Assembly: GCA_963575745.1 (NCBI GenBank)
Contig: CAUYUJ010000092.1
Location: forward strand, 372,001 to 436,000
Source of the DNA: Prorocentrum cordatum
Lineage: Eukaryota
Length of the DNA stretch: 64,000 nt
Direction of reading: 5' to 3'
Shown: positions 50,267 to 63,051 of the stretch, in pieces
Numbering within the stretch: position 1 is the stretch's first letter
Layout: every line of letters begins with the position of its first letter
The notes under the pieces: generated by a model
What the model was told of the DNA's origin: nothing
The model's database searches: none
What the model saw: only the letters and a program-made list of their open reading frames with translations
Made by a program: the position numbers and the translations under genes

Positions 50267-51420
50267 CTACCCTCTACGTACCATTGCTAGGACATGCCTG
50301 CTCCTACTCAGCGCTTGCCAACGTGCGGTGCCTTCCTCTACACCTAAGGCCCTCAGATATCGTGCTACCTCTAGTCCTCCCTCTGGTGCATCTCCTCCGT
50401 GTCTCATCACATACCTGCGTACCTCAGTACTCTCTGAAATCGGGGCGCCTCTGGTCATTGTTTCCAAAAAGGGCGGGTTCGAAACACTCCTCATTGGCAT
50501 CTGTGATCCTCTCGTCCCAGAAGAGGCCCTCAAGGGCGAAACCCTCCTCATTGGCATCTGTGATCCCGACGTCCCAAAGGAAACCGTCCTCATTGGCATC
50601 TGTGATCCCGTGGACCCCGAAGAAATCCTCAAAGGCGAAACCCTCCTCATTGGCATCTGTGATCCCGTCGACCCAGAAGAATTCCCCATTGGCGAAACCC
50701 TCCTCATTGGCATCTGTGATCCCGTGGACCCCGAAGACACCCTCCAAGGCGACGCCGTTCTCATTGGCATCTGTGATCCTGAGCGGCCCCGAACGTGGCC
50801 TTCCAGGGGGTCGACGATCTTCTCTGAAGACACTCTCAGAGGTGGACTCCTCCCCCTCGTCGGACTCCTCTCAGCGTCCAACTGCACTGCCTGCGGCTGG
50901 CAGTCCTGCACAGTCAGTCGGGGACTGTGGGCCGGCTCAGCCGCTGACGATCTTCCCGCCTGTGGTGTGGTCATCCTCGAATCCCCCTCCGCCGTCACTT
51001 GACTTGTGTCAATCTCAAGCGTAATCGATTCAATATGATCCGAAAGTGTAGTAGTCCGTCGTGCAGTCTCGGCTACTGCAGGAACACCTCCAGCCACTCC
51101 TGCAACTCGCGCTCCATGTGGCTCGCTGGCGCTCTGCCCGATTTCAGCTCCGCGCCCAGCTGCTGGAGGGCGCCGATCACCTCCTTGCGGCCCTCCTGAA
51201 GGCACAGCGTGATCCTGCGCTTGCCCTGGTCGTAGCACCTGTCTACCTTGGTGAAGCGGATGATGTCCATCTTTTCTTCGTAATCGAGCGACTGGAGCCG
51301 AGCCTTGAACTCGGTCAGCTTCTCGAAGTTCACTTTGCCAATGCTCTGTTGGCGCAGCAGCAGCGCCTCCAGCAGGCCCCCGAACACGAACAGGTGGGGC
51401 GCGTCGAGCCCGTGGCCGGA
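50267..51420 (-). mobile_element. Putative 5' part of a LINE: ORF1-like C-terminus (51073-51420) followed by a second ORF with 19-aa repeats
   Basis: High-GC3 GHGLDAPHLFVFGGLLEAL...IRFTKVDRCYD...LQQLGAELKSGRAPASHMERELQEWL*, similar to 8615-9190. The downstream frame carries (SSGSTGSQMPMRRVSP) repeats. No RT visible, so the LINE call is inferred. Confidence 0.5.
50490..50779. repeat. Six-unit tandem repeat (57/42/57/57/57 nt) with invariant 20-nt core CTCATTGGCATCTGTGATCC
   Basis: Cores start at 50490, 50547, 50589, 50646, 50703 and 50760. Confidence 0.95.
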
Positions 51421-53350
51421 GGAGGACGGAGGGGAAGGGGATGAGAAACACGAGGGGCAGGAGCAGCAGGATGAGGCGGAGCTGGAGCGATGGACAGGGA
51501 TGTTGATGAGAGGGATCGAGGGTGGGGGGATGGGAGGAGGCGAAGAAAGAGGCAGAGGTGGACGAGACGGAGGGCAGAGCATGTACGAGGATGGGAGCAA
51601 ATGGCGGGGAATGGAAGAGTAGGACTTTACGGCGCAATCGCCCCACCAACAACTGTCATGCAAGCCACTGCCGCCAACGCTTGCTGGGCACTGCAATGTC
51701 GTGACCACAAGCCGCTGTCACAGAAACTCCTTGGACACTTGTAGGCCCAGTGGGGGAGGAACGACGAGGACGAAGCAGAACAGTAACGCAGCAAATGGAA
51801 GGGACGATGGCGTTGTGTGCGCATCCCCCGCACACACACATAAGCAAACTATGAGAAAACGCACCGCACAGATCAACATCAAGCCCATCCAATGCCGCGG
51901 GTGGTAAACACGCCGGGCAGTCTACCACGCTGGAGCCAGGAGCAAGGGAGGAGGGAGTGGGAGGGATGCGTGGGAGTAAGACGTTGGGAAGAGAAGGAAG
52001 ATGAGGACTAGGGGGAGGAGGAGGAGGAGGAGGAGGAGGAGGAGGAGGAGGAGGAGGAGGAGGAGGGGCTAGGGGGGGAAGGGAGGCGAGGTATGAGAGG
52101 GGCAGAGTGGCAAGGGGAGATGAATAGAGAGGATGAGCGAGAGGGATGAGAGAAAAAGCGTGAAGAATGACGGGTTGGGGGATCCCGGTCAGAGATTCGT
52201 CTGCGCCGTGTTGTATGATGCGCACGGCGTTCCTCGTGGCGCGGTGACGCAACATTAAACTAAGCGTTCTGCGGAGGGTCGGGCATCTTATGCGAGTGGA
52301 ATGCACGCGGTGCCTTTTCTTCGAGTGTTAGCACAATAATTGCTGGCTGTCCACTTGAAATCGGCGCCAATCCGCTCGCGCCCTGGCAGACGCCTGTGCG
52401 TCGCCCAGTGTTGGTTCAGTGTAGATGGGGGTCTTCCACTTGTTCTGTTATGTTTTTTCCTTATAGCAGCCAAGGCAAGGTAGGCGTAGATCGTCCCATC
52501 CTCCCTTTCCCTTCCTCTGCCTCCTGTCCCCGTCCCCTTTGGACGCCTGCAATGGGTATGGAGAACGTGCGTACTATGCCCAGCAACGAATGTTGTCCAA
52601 ACCGGCAGCGGCCGCTGTTGGGCAGGCGGCCGTCTGTCTCAAATCAACAAAGACCGCGGCGACGCCGACAGCGAACCCCGTTCAGAATGAACCAGACCTG
52701 CTTTGGGACTCTGTGCCCGTTGTTTCTGTACCCGTTTTCGGTCCAGTCTGCAGACTGCTAGTAAGATCTCGAAAAAATCTGTACCCGTTTTCGGTCGCCC
52801 CGATCCCCCTTCCCGTCTCCATCCAGATCCCCTTTTTGTCCTCTTGCTCGTCGTCGTCGCACGACGTGGGGAGCCGTGCTCTCTAGGCGTTCGGCGCGCG
52901 CCCGCTCTCGCGCGCCCCGCCGCCATGCACCGCGCGAGGGGGCCCGAAGCGGCCCCTTGCACGGCGCGGCGCCGCCCTGCCGTCCTGTCTCCTCCTCCCC
53001 CCCTCGTCCCGATCCTGAGTGCCTCCCTCCCTCCTCGTCCTCCTCCTCCTCCTCCTCCTCCTCCTCCTCCTCCTCCCCCTCCTCCACCTCTTCCTCCTCC
53101 TCCTTTTCCTTTTCCTCCTCCTCCTCCGCCTCCTCCGCCTCCTCCTCCTCCTCTTCCTCCTCCTTTTCCTTCTCCTCCATAATTACTCAATATGAATACT
53201 ACTCTCCCTCTTCCCCTGATGACGGTTTGAAAGTGTCCCCCCCCCCCGCGTTCTGTTTTTTACACACAAGTTTCCCCGGGGTTGGGTTTTCGCCTGCATT
53301 TGTTTCCAAAATGCTGCTCTCGCTGAGGCGCCGGCATCATTTTCGGGCCC

Positions 53351-53490
53351 CGCTCGTTCCGAATCGTGCTCCCGCTGCAGCGCTGGACTCCGTGCTTCCG
53401 CTCGTTCCGAATCGTGCTCCCGCTGCAACGCTGGCCTCATTTCCGCGCTTCCGCTCGTTTCGACTCGTGCTCCCGCTGCAGCGCTGGCGT
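53351..53490. repeat. Three-unit ~50-bp tandem repeat (CGCTCGTTCCGAATCGTGCTCCCGCTGCAGCGCTGG)
   Basis: Directly visible. Confidence 0.85.
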
Positions 53491-54379
53491 CAATTCGCGT
53501 GCCATGCCACGGCATGCAATGCAATGCTAGGTTGATACTGCGCTTCGCGGTGCTCTTCTACGCCATGACATGCCGTGCTCTACAATGCATCGCGTACCCT
53601 TTCGGGATCATTGCCCTGCTCGACATCCGACTGTGCGAGTAGAGAGGGGATCTGCGCCATGGTAAGGGATGGGAGGGAGGGGTAGGATGTCAGATATGAC
53701 GCGAGCGCACCTAGCTTGTCCCCTTCCCCTCCACCTCCCCCTCCCTTTCCTCCTCCTCCTTCTCCTCCTCCCTCAGTTCGAGAGGACATGACTCAAGAGG
53801 ACGGGTGTCTCAAATATTGGCACCCTTTGCTTTCCCAACAGCGCAGCGGACAAGCACGGGAGGGAAGGTGACTCACTATGGGTCAATCTCTCTTGAGAAG
53901 ATCAGAAAGGAATGCCACTCACTACTGCGCATTGCCACGTCCTGCATGCAGTGCCAGATGTGCGCATCGTCGCGATTCGAGCACCAGCCCTGTCTCCTTG
54001 TATGTGTGTGTGTGTGTTGCTCATGCTCCGTACTCCCGCCGCCCGCCCGAAGTCATCGAGAATAGGTGGATTGCTCTCGAGGTCTTCCTGCATATTCTTA
54101 CTAGAACCATCGCGCGCGCTTCGCGCGCGCTCAAGTTCCAGCTAGCTTGAAGGATAGCGCGTAGCGGAGGGAAGAAGAGAGGTCAGCAGTGACAGGCAAC
54201 CTGGTCGAATTAGCCACGATTGCGTCCTTCGTCCGTCGTCCTTCGTCCGTCGTCTGTCGTCGTCGCCACCCTCGTCCGCAACCGCATGACCCTCCTTTCC
54301 GCCTCCGAGGCGCTCTTCGTGGCCAAAGCTGGCTTCGTCTCGAAATTCTTGCCCAAACGCACCCCTGGGCATCGCAATT

Positions 54380-55290
54380 TTTGTTTTCATGCATCTTGGG
54401 CTGTCCGGGAAGCCTTTTGGGCGTCTCGGGAGCGTCGGGGGGGGGGTCTTGCGAGTTACGTGGGGCTTCCTGTTGGGCTTCGGGTAGCCCAGGGCTGGAA
54501 ATGTTCGTTCGGCCCCCGCCTGGACCGCTGGGCTCTTGGGGTCCTCTTTCCGGCCTTCTGGATGCCGCTTGAGGCCGCTTGGGGGGCCCCTTGGGCTTTC
54601 TTGGGGGCCTCTTGGGGCCTCCTCGGAGCATCCTGGACTGCTTCTTGAAGTCGTCATGGGACCTTCTTGGCATGTCTTCGGGGGCCTCTTAGAAAGAGTT
54701 TTGAAGCCTTTTGGGTGCCGTCTTTGGGCCTCTTGGAGCCTCTTTTGGTCTTGGGGACTCTTGGGGGCCTCTTGGGGCCCCTTGGAGGCTTCCTGGGGGC
54801 CTCTTGGGGCCTCTTGGGGCGGAGAGCTTGATTTTTCAGTTCGCGTTTCCTCTCTTGGGCTCCTCTTGGGGCCTTCTTGAACCCTCTTGCGCCGTCTTGG
54901 GCGGCTCTGGGGCCTTCTTGGGGCCTTCTTGGGCCGTCTTGGGGCCCTCTTGGGGGCCTCTTGGGCCGTCTTGGAGCGGTTTTGGGAGCCTCTTGGGCGG
55001 TGCTTTAGCGCCACTCGAAACAGCGAGAATGGAAATCAAAAAAACATGAAACTCAACGATTGTGCCCTCTCTCGGCGCTCTGGGGCGGCATCTTAAAGGC
55101 CTCTTGGGCCATGGGGCCTCCGGGGCAATTTGAAACGCATCGTGCGTCGCCAGAGATCCCTGGACGGCGTCTTGCGGGTGTCTCGAGACCGTCTGGGGCC
55201 GCCGGGATTGCTGTCTAAGGGCTCCCCGGGGCGATTTTAGGCCTCCCAGAGGCGGGCCCGGGCCCCAGGACCCACAGTTGTGGTCGAGGT
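54380..55290 (-). repeat. Inverted copy of the GGCCCCAAGA-type dispersed repeat
   Basis: TCTTGGGGCC units and a shared unique segment with 9430-10170. Confidence 0.75.
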
Positions 55291-55399
55291 TCCAGCCCTC
55301 GGCCCCTGGGCCCGGTGCGCCGTTATTTTGTATAAGGGTCCTTCGGGACACCTCGTCACGCTTGTGGACGCCAGTGCGGCGATGGGTACTACAACAGAC

Positions 55400-57537
55400 C
55401 ACGCCACGGGAGCGGCTCACGCCGAACAAGATAACTACCCTTGTACATGTTTCCGTAGGCTCATGGGCCGTAGTATGCAGCGGGCTCCCTACCTTCTACG
55501 AGGGCCCCATGGGCTCATCAGGCACTGGTTTGTGTCCCGGCAAAACTACAACACTCAAGAGACGGGATTACGTTGTGGTGGTCACGACATCGCCCTCACG
55601 GTACGGCAACTTCTCTGCGTTTTCATCCCTCTACCTACGTTGCGCCACCTTCGCGGGTATACGAAGTGCAACACGACCCGGCACTCTGCAAGGACCCAGT
55701 TGCATATTCGACATTGTGTCGCTTGCTCGAGCAAACACCGCAAACAAGTTTCATCATTCGCGCCACCGACCGTGTTTACCCTTGTGACCAGCACGCCAGG
55801 CATGCCATGGAAGACCGCAGCAGGTAGAAGACCCAGACATACTTGGATCAGTCTCACCTCACTCTTTCTTCAACCAAGCGTGCCCAATATTTGCGCCACA
55901 TACGTGTACCAGGGGATCAAGTATCCAAGATTATGTACACTATTTACTGTTATAACGGTTTGGAGGCCAGTTATTGCTCACAAAGCTGCTGCTAAGTACC
56001 CACAGGTGCCCCAGCTACTCAAGCAGGCTCAGGCTCTCCAGTGCTAGGCTTCCCTCATACTCCCAACTACTGCTTCGGTGCCTTCTCGGGACAAGGTACC
56101 TCAGGAACAGTCTTGGGCGCAATGTGTGAAGACCTAGGCTACTCTCACACCCCGCCACATCCCTCCCGACCTATTTCAGATGGAATCTGTCATCACAGTA
56201 GGAGAGATCGATTGGGTTTTGCATATCTGTGCAGCGTGCAACGTCTGCGCATATCTGTGCACAATGCAGTGCCGACATCACGCCCTCATGCTTCGCGAAC
56301 TCTTGCTCTTCCACAGGACCATTCAATCCGGCAGTCCACCACCCAGGACGCCCTGAATCATGGTATGAGCAGCTAGCTGGAGAAGTGGCCAGTGCATGGT
56401 CACAGCACGCCTACGATGCTTTTTTCCATAAGATGCGCGCCATGGGCATCGGATCCAAGCAATGAGTAGGCACTCGACCATTCCCGACGGTTGAGCTTGA
56501 GAACGGCACCTTGGCCTCCGACCTGCAGGAGGCAGCGGATAGGTGGCTGCGCCATGCTGCCGAGGAAAAGGTGGGCATCGCCATCCCTGTGGAAGATGTG
56601 ACCTGGTATCAGCAGAAGGTGCCCCCACAACCCACCGACCTCACTCACGACCTCCTGGACGTGGACCCCTTCCGACCCCCTTCTGGCGGACTTCTGAAGC
56701 TGCCAGGGCCTCCGCAATTAGCCTCGACGGGATCCCTGGAGCCCTTCTTCTGTCCCAAGCCCCACAGATGGCGAAGCTACATACCCAGTCGTCGTCAAAG
56801 CGTGTCCCATGCTGGAGGAACGCCTGCAAGAGAATGGGGGCAACTACTGGGCCATCTGGAAGAAGAAAACGAAACCCACCTCCTGCAAAAACAACAGATC
56901 CGTCGTGATTTTCCCGCAAGTAGGAAATAAGGACAAGCAACTGCTATATGAACCTCTTGTCGAGGTCCTTCCGCGACCTCGCAAGAGACAACCGTACAGA
57001 GGTATCTCTGGGCGAGGTGAGAACCTTGCTGCCCTCGTCATAGGACATTTCCAAGAGCCAATGCAAACGCTTAAGCTTCCGGCTCTTTTCCACATGCTGG
57101 ACGCTCTCTTTGCCTTGAACCGCTCCTTCCGCGAGCTCGTGCTCCAGCTGGGCACCAGTGGTCAGGACTTGCAGCTCATTCTAACCACCGCCGGCCCCCA
57201 GCGGTGCAGTGGAGGACCACAAGTCTCACCTCGCAGCGCAGCCCAACCTAATCTAGCAAGCAGGCATATCAAAACACATCCATGCGTTGACAGCTGACTG
57301 CTACCACGGTTCATGGTTGTGGTACCTAGGAACATTAACTAAATCTTTCACCTTAGCAGGAGCAGTTCCAGGCTAGTAGCTCGGATACGCTATCTACAAC
57401 TACAATGTCAGCATGTGTTAAAGAGGCTCGGCAAGAACCCAGAACTTCGAGCTCGACAGTCGCATCCTCATTTGTGTGCACATGTCTTCTCCCAACTCAT
57501 ACAGACTGAGCCTGACACGATGCTAGGTGGCGTGGAC

Positions 57538-57604
<67 letters not shown>

Positions 57605-59880
57605 CCGACGACGACACATTTGTGGTATTAGGCCCTGCTCTCCTACTACTAAGGAGGCAACACTCAAGCTTGCAGAAATAACTGCCAATGCTTTGTGAGA
57701 CGAGGCTTCTGTCTGAATTACTCCGCTGGCAAAACAGAAGCCCTATTCCAACTCCGCGGCAAGGGCTCCCGACAGGCCAAAAGACAACTGAGGGACACCA
57801 ACAAGGGCCTCTTCAGGATCTGCTCCAGCCCTCGGGGCTTGGGGACTTCGACGTCAGGTCAGTGCGACAGTATCCACACTTGGGCAAAGATCCAGAGGAC
57901 CAGAGCTCCAACACAGAGAGACCTCAGTGTAGCAATCAGGGTCACTCTTGCGCAGGCACATTTTTTCAGCAACTCGCCGCGCTCCTAGATCCGCATGCCT
58001 GCACTTCACGGATACCTTGCTTTGCTTAGACTTGCTTTTCAATGCAGGCACTTGGCCAATTCTCACGGCTGGACAGCATGTGCATCTTCAGTCAGTGATG
58101 ATCCGCAAGTGCCGACATATTTGACACATATAGGACAGGGACAACCAAGCAACATCAGACGCATTGGTTCTTGCCACGGTTGGGCGGGGTGATCATACTA
58201 CGATACTGCGGGCACTCCGGCTCAAGCTCCTGGGTAGACTCATCATCACGGGACCCCCACGCTCCGAGGACTGGTCTCATACGTTTGCCTCATCTACTAA
58301 GTACTCTTGGCTACATCGGGTCCCTGAGGACCTACGCTGGGTCTGGGATGTCCACCATGGTTTCCAGAACATCCGTGACCTAGTCGAGGATTTTCCTGCA
58401 TGGGAGGCGCACAGTCGTCCCCCACGTCCTAAATCGAGAGGAGCTGACAACGCAGCACTGCAGGCAGACGCAGCGGCGAAAGGCAGAGCATCGCTGGCCA
58501 AGGAGGCCAGAGACAAGTTTTTTGAAATTGTAAGGCCAATTGGAATACCAATCCCAGTCACCGACCCAAGACATACTCTCTTCCCACAGCCAACTCCGAC
58601 TCCGACTCTACATGGCATGTGGTGCTCTTACCAAGGGAAGGGGAAGAAAGGGTTACGACAACGCATCATTCGGATACACTGCAGCGCGGTGCACACAGTA
58701 TCATGATTTATGGGGGATGGTAGCATATGCACGGCATGCTCTACTAGTTTCTTTGCTTGCCATTTGCTGCGAGATCATCTTGCATTTGACGCACCCAGGT
58801 GTTACTGTGCCTGCTACACACACGGAACTAGAGTTACCAGTGAACGAGCAGAGGAGCTCAAACTACAAGAGGCGGATGAGGTCTCGCAGAGCAGCGCAGA
58901 GCAGGACTGGGCAGATGGAGAGCTGCCTACCCTGCCAGACCAGAGCTCCCAACAGGTGGGCTCGATCCCTCCTCGATGATCGTTTTCTCGCGCTATACCG
59001 ATGAGGAGGCACGATATATGCTGCGTGAGTCGGGAAAGGATTTCTCTACTGAAACTTGCACTAAGTACGCCGATCTCTTCGATCGATCCCGGAAGAGCTG
59101 CAGGTTCCCTCATCCCCATCCGCATTCATTGACGCGAGATCTTTGTTCTGATAATCTTCTCTGGCCGCCAGCGTGAAGGCGACATCAAGGCATGGATTGA
59201 GAGTGAGCGCCATGGAGTGGCGTACCACATCATCATGCTCAGCGTACACATTGCCATATCTGCCCAGCTGGGAGATCTCACACATCAAAATACCATCCAG
59301 ACTTGGGAGGATCACATCTTTTCAAGGCGAGTGTGGAACACGGGAGGTGGGCAGGGAGCCCATGCGAGACGTGCAGCGCCGCCGAATGGCAGGATGGCCC
59401 CCACCGCCGCTGAAGACGCATGATTGGTTTGGGGAGTGCCGTTGGCCACCAACTACTGTGGAGCCTCACCCATCTACTAGGATGCCATCTCAAAGTGGGG
59501 ACCTCGGGCTGGATCGAACATCCCATGCCAGCAACCTGGCAGCCCAAAGCGCCCTCCAGCTTCCAGTGGGAACCACTGGAGGTCCTCATGGCGACGCCAT
59601 ACACGTACTATTATCGGAAGGGCTCCCACACGTATATGTGGTCTCGGGCTCCAGTGCCTCGGAAGCTCCTCCTGAGTACCCCAAAGAAGGGACGATGCCA
59701 TCACACACCTTGCACGCATCCGACCGTGCTGGGAGAAAAAGCTGAGTTCCGCACCAACAGCAGCAGGACGTGCCCTACACAGTTGTGCCGATACACTTCT
59801 GTGGCTAGTGCATGCCTGAATGGCCTGGATTCAGATCCCAACGACTGTGACGAGGATCATGATACGCCGCAGGATGCCAA
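55400..59880 (+). mobile_element. Decayed LINE with RT, zinc fingers and C-terminal C5 DNA-methyltransferase domain (SymbioLINE-Dnmt-like architecture)
   Basis: In order across shifting frames: YRGI (~56995), VF..SDDDTFVV (57605), LNYSAGKTEALFQLRGKGSRQAK, LRALRLKLLGRL...WLHRVPEDLRW, CTACSTSFFACHLLRDHL (zinc finger), then DNMT motifs at 59142-59800. The 5' boundary and any AP endonuclease are not clearly readable. Confidence 0.8.
59142..59800 (+). pseudogene. Retrotransposon-borne cytosine-5 DNA methyltransferase domain (frameshifted)
   Basis: FVLIIFSGRQREGD (motif I, FxG), LSVHIAI...GDL (II/III), PCETCSAA at 59360 (catalytic PC, motif IV), VGHQLL, GWIEHP (motif VI), FRTNSSRTCPTQLC (C-terminal motifs), in the correct order. 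Confidence 0.75.
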
Positions 59881-60864
59881 ATTGCTGCACGAAGCAGTGA
59901 TGGATATCTATGTGAGTTCTACCGGCCCCGACTTCCAACTTGCTCCCGATTTTGCCCCAGCTCCGACAGGCTCCAACACCGAGACAGACAGGAGGCAAAA
60001 AGGAGACAACCATGCAGACCCCGTGGTTCGGAGAGGATGCCATTTCTGAAGCCGCTCATTTCCAATCCCCGGACGCACTAGAAACGTCAGCCTTCTGCGT
60101 GCTGCTTCGGGGCCACCCGCGAGGCGAAGCAGCAGTGCACGCTGTGCAGGCCTCCGACGGCCGACGCAGAGCTCCACGGGCTCGGCAAGGACCCCGACGT
60201 GGGCCCTCGGGACTCCGACCCGGGCACCGACGATCCAGCTCCGACTCCAGCTTCCGAGGACCCCCCCGGTCCCCTCCCGGAGTCCTCCGGATGCAGAGGC
60301 CTCGGCGGAGAAGGAATATACCTGGGAGCATCCCGCTTCTTGGGCCCCAGCCCTCTCTTCTCCACTCCGCTGCCTTCGCGCCCCCCCCTGCCCGCCCACT
60401 CTGTCCCGCGAACCGCTTGGGCGAACCGCCGCCAGCTGGAGGAAGACAAGGCGGCGGCGAGAGACCAAGCGAGCTGCTGAACATCAGCGGCGCTCGTCGT
60501 GGCCAGGCGTCCTCAGCTTCGCCGCGGCTTCAGGAGGAGGGGGAGGAGGAGGAGGAGGAGGAGGAGGAGGAGGTGGAGGAGGAGGAGGAGGAGGAGGAGG
60601 AGGAGGAGGAGAGGAGGAGGACGGGTCGCCTAAACACTTCGGAGAAACCCTCCAACGACTCCAAACGGCACCCGTTACTCATGTCTGCGTCCCACCACCA
60701 CTCTCCCCCTCGCCCTGCCTACCTCCCTTTCTCCCTCTCCCTGCCTCCCTTTGACTCTCTCCCTCCCCCCCTCCTTCTGTTTCGTGAGAGCGAGTTTCGC
60801 AGGCGCTTACTCGGAAACAATGCTAGCCCACCCCTCCCCGGAAACCCAGGGGGGGGGAAGAAGG

Positions 60865-60865
<1 letters not shown>

Positions 60866-60907
<42 letters not shown>

Positions 60908-61340
60908 ACGACAGCTGCGGCGCCGACAGCGAAGACAACAACGACGACGAGGACGCGCCGACGATGAGTACGATGCTGACGACAACGCTGTCGCCGACGC
61001 CGACGACGACGCCGAGCACGATGCTGGCGACACCGAGCACGACGACGACGCTGACGCCGACGCCACCGACGACGACGACGCCGACGCCAACGAAGAGCAC
61101 GACGCCGAGCACGACGCCGAGCATGCCGCCGACGCCGACGCCGACGCCGACGACGACGCCGACTCCGACCACGAGCACGATGCCGATGCCGACGCCGACG
61201 CCGACGACGACGCCGACGCCGAGTACGACGCCAAGCCTGACGCCGACGACGCCGATGCCGACAACGACGCCGAGCGCGACGCCGACGTCGACGCCGACGC
61301 TGACGACGACGACGACGAGCACGACGCCGTCGTCGTCGCC
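60866..61340. repeat. (GAC)n / (GACGCC)n low-complexity tract
   Basis: Directly visible; produces spurious Asp/Ala- or Thr/Pro-rich ORFs. Confidence 0.9.
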
Positions 61341-61967
61341 CCCCCCGGGTCAGAACCTGGGGGGGACATTTCCCTTCCTCCCCCCCCCCAGGTGTCCGAA
61401 CCCGGGCTGGACGCTACAAGCGACCACTGAAATCGTTCTTTGTCAGCTTCTCTCTCTCTCTCACTCTCTCTCTCTCTCTCCCTCTTTCTCTCTCTCTCTC
61501 TCTCTCTTTCCCTCCCCCCCCTTCTCCGTCTCGGCCCAGGTACTCTCCAGAGCACCATCGCGCCACTGTTGCTATACGCCGCATCCACCCTCACGGCCTG
61601 ACGAAACCGCACCCGGGCCATCCCAGCCCAGCACCATCCTCCTCTCGCACTCGCGCGGCGGGCGCCATGGCCCCAGGACGCCGCAGCACCCGCCCTGGCA
61701 AGCGCTGCCCCCCAGGGGCTGCCCGCCCAAGAATGGCGCCGCAAGGGCCCGGCGCGGCGCGCGCGTCACCGCACTCACTGCTTTTTTCGTCGGCGGCGAG
61801 GCAGAGCCAGTCCGCTCCAGCGTGCCGTTTTTCGGGGCAGCCGAGAGGCGAATTGGCCGGCGTGCCAAAGGGGGGGAGAACGACGAGAGCGGCCGCACGG
61901 GGAAGAGGGAGGGAGGGGAAAACGCTCGGACGTGGAGAACACCCCACTCAGTAACGCAGGTTCAGAT

Positions 61968-63051
61968 CGGCCTCTGGCGGCCTGCAGCGACCCTGGTCAC
62001 AAGACCGCTTGTCCCCTGGGCAATGAGCATCAGGCTCACGCCGAGAAGCTCCGCTGCGGTCTTCTGCGCCTGTGCGCTACGGCCGGGGACCTTTGCGTAG
62101 CGTGTCGCGGCGGCGGCCCCGGCGACACGCTATGCCTTGCAAGCGGATGGCGTGTCGCTCCGCTCTGCGGGGCGGGGGGCTCGGGCGAAAATCTTCTACG
62201 CACGGCCGTTCGACCGTGAAATTGGGCGACGCCCTCGCGCCAACATTGGGCGAGATGAATAACCCGGCGCCGCCAGGCTGGCCCAGACTGGAACCCACCA
62301 GGGGCCCAGCGTGGCAAGGGCGCCGTCCAACAGACGCACAAGCAACGAGGGTGGAAGAGGACGGGTTTCGAGCCCGATCCAGGCACGGACCCTGCCCTGC
62401 AGCGCGCTCCCTGGGAAACAGCTGCAGTGCCGGGACCAGCGTGGCGCAGCCCCTGCGACGCCACCGCTCGGAGCCAATCCAGCCTGCGCGGCGACCAGCC
62501 ATCCAAGCAACCGGCCAGGCCGCAACGCGGCAGCGGAGCCCACAGGGCACCCTGCACGCCACTCAACCAACCGACCAGCGGGAGGGCGGAAGGAGGAACC
62601 GCCCGCTGCCCCGCAGCGCACGGCCTTGAACACCACCTGCTGCAATGCAGCGCACGGCCAGGAGAACCCGCCTGCCGCACCGCAGCGCGCGGCCGTGAGA
62701 TTCCCGCAGCGCCACAGGCGCCCAGGCTGTGAGAGGCCAGGACGCCAGTAGGCAAAGCAGCTGAGAGGCCCACAAAGGCCTTCCTGAAGATTTTCCTGCC
62801 CCACAAATCGCTGCGCGATTTTGGGGCTAGCAAAAACTCGGGGCTTCGGGGACCTCGAAGCGGATAGCGTGTCGCTCCAAAGCGCGGTGGGCCAGAACCA
62901 GCGGAGCGACACGCTATCCCAAAGTTCCAGACCGTAGACCTCTCGCGGCCTACAGCGAGCGACCTTGCTCACAAGGCCGCTTGTCCCCTGGACGGCGAGC
63001 ATCGGGCTCACGCCGAGAAGCTCCGCAGCGGCCTTCTGCGCCTGTGCGCTA
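61968..63051. repeat. Diverged ~115-bp direct repeats (~61970-62089 and ~62938-63051) enclosing two inverted-repeat pairs of one motif
   Basis: Shared CACAAG.CCGCTTGTCCCCTGG...GGCTCACGCCGAGAAGCTCCGC.GCGG.CTTCTGCGCCTGTGCGCTA. Perfect 17-bp IR GGATAGCGTGTCGCTCC at 62862-62878 and 62903-62919. Confidence 0.8.

Noticed and set aside
50490..50779. CRISPR array
   Set aside because: Spacers are homologous to each other and in-frame; no cas genes; eukaryotic context.
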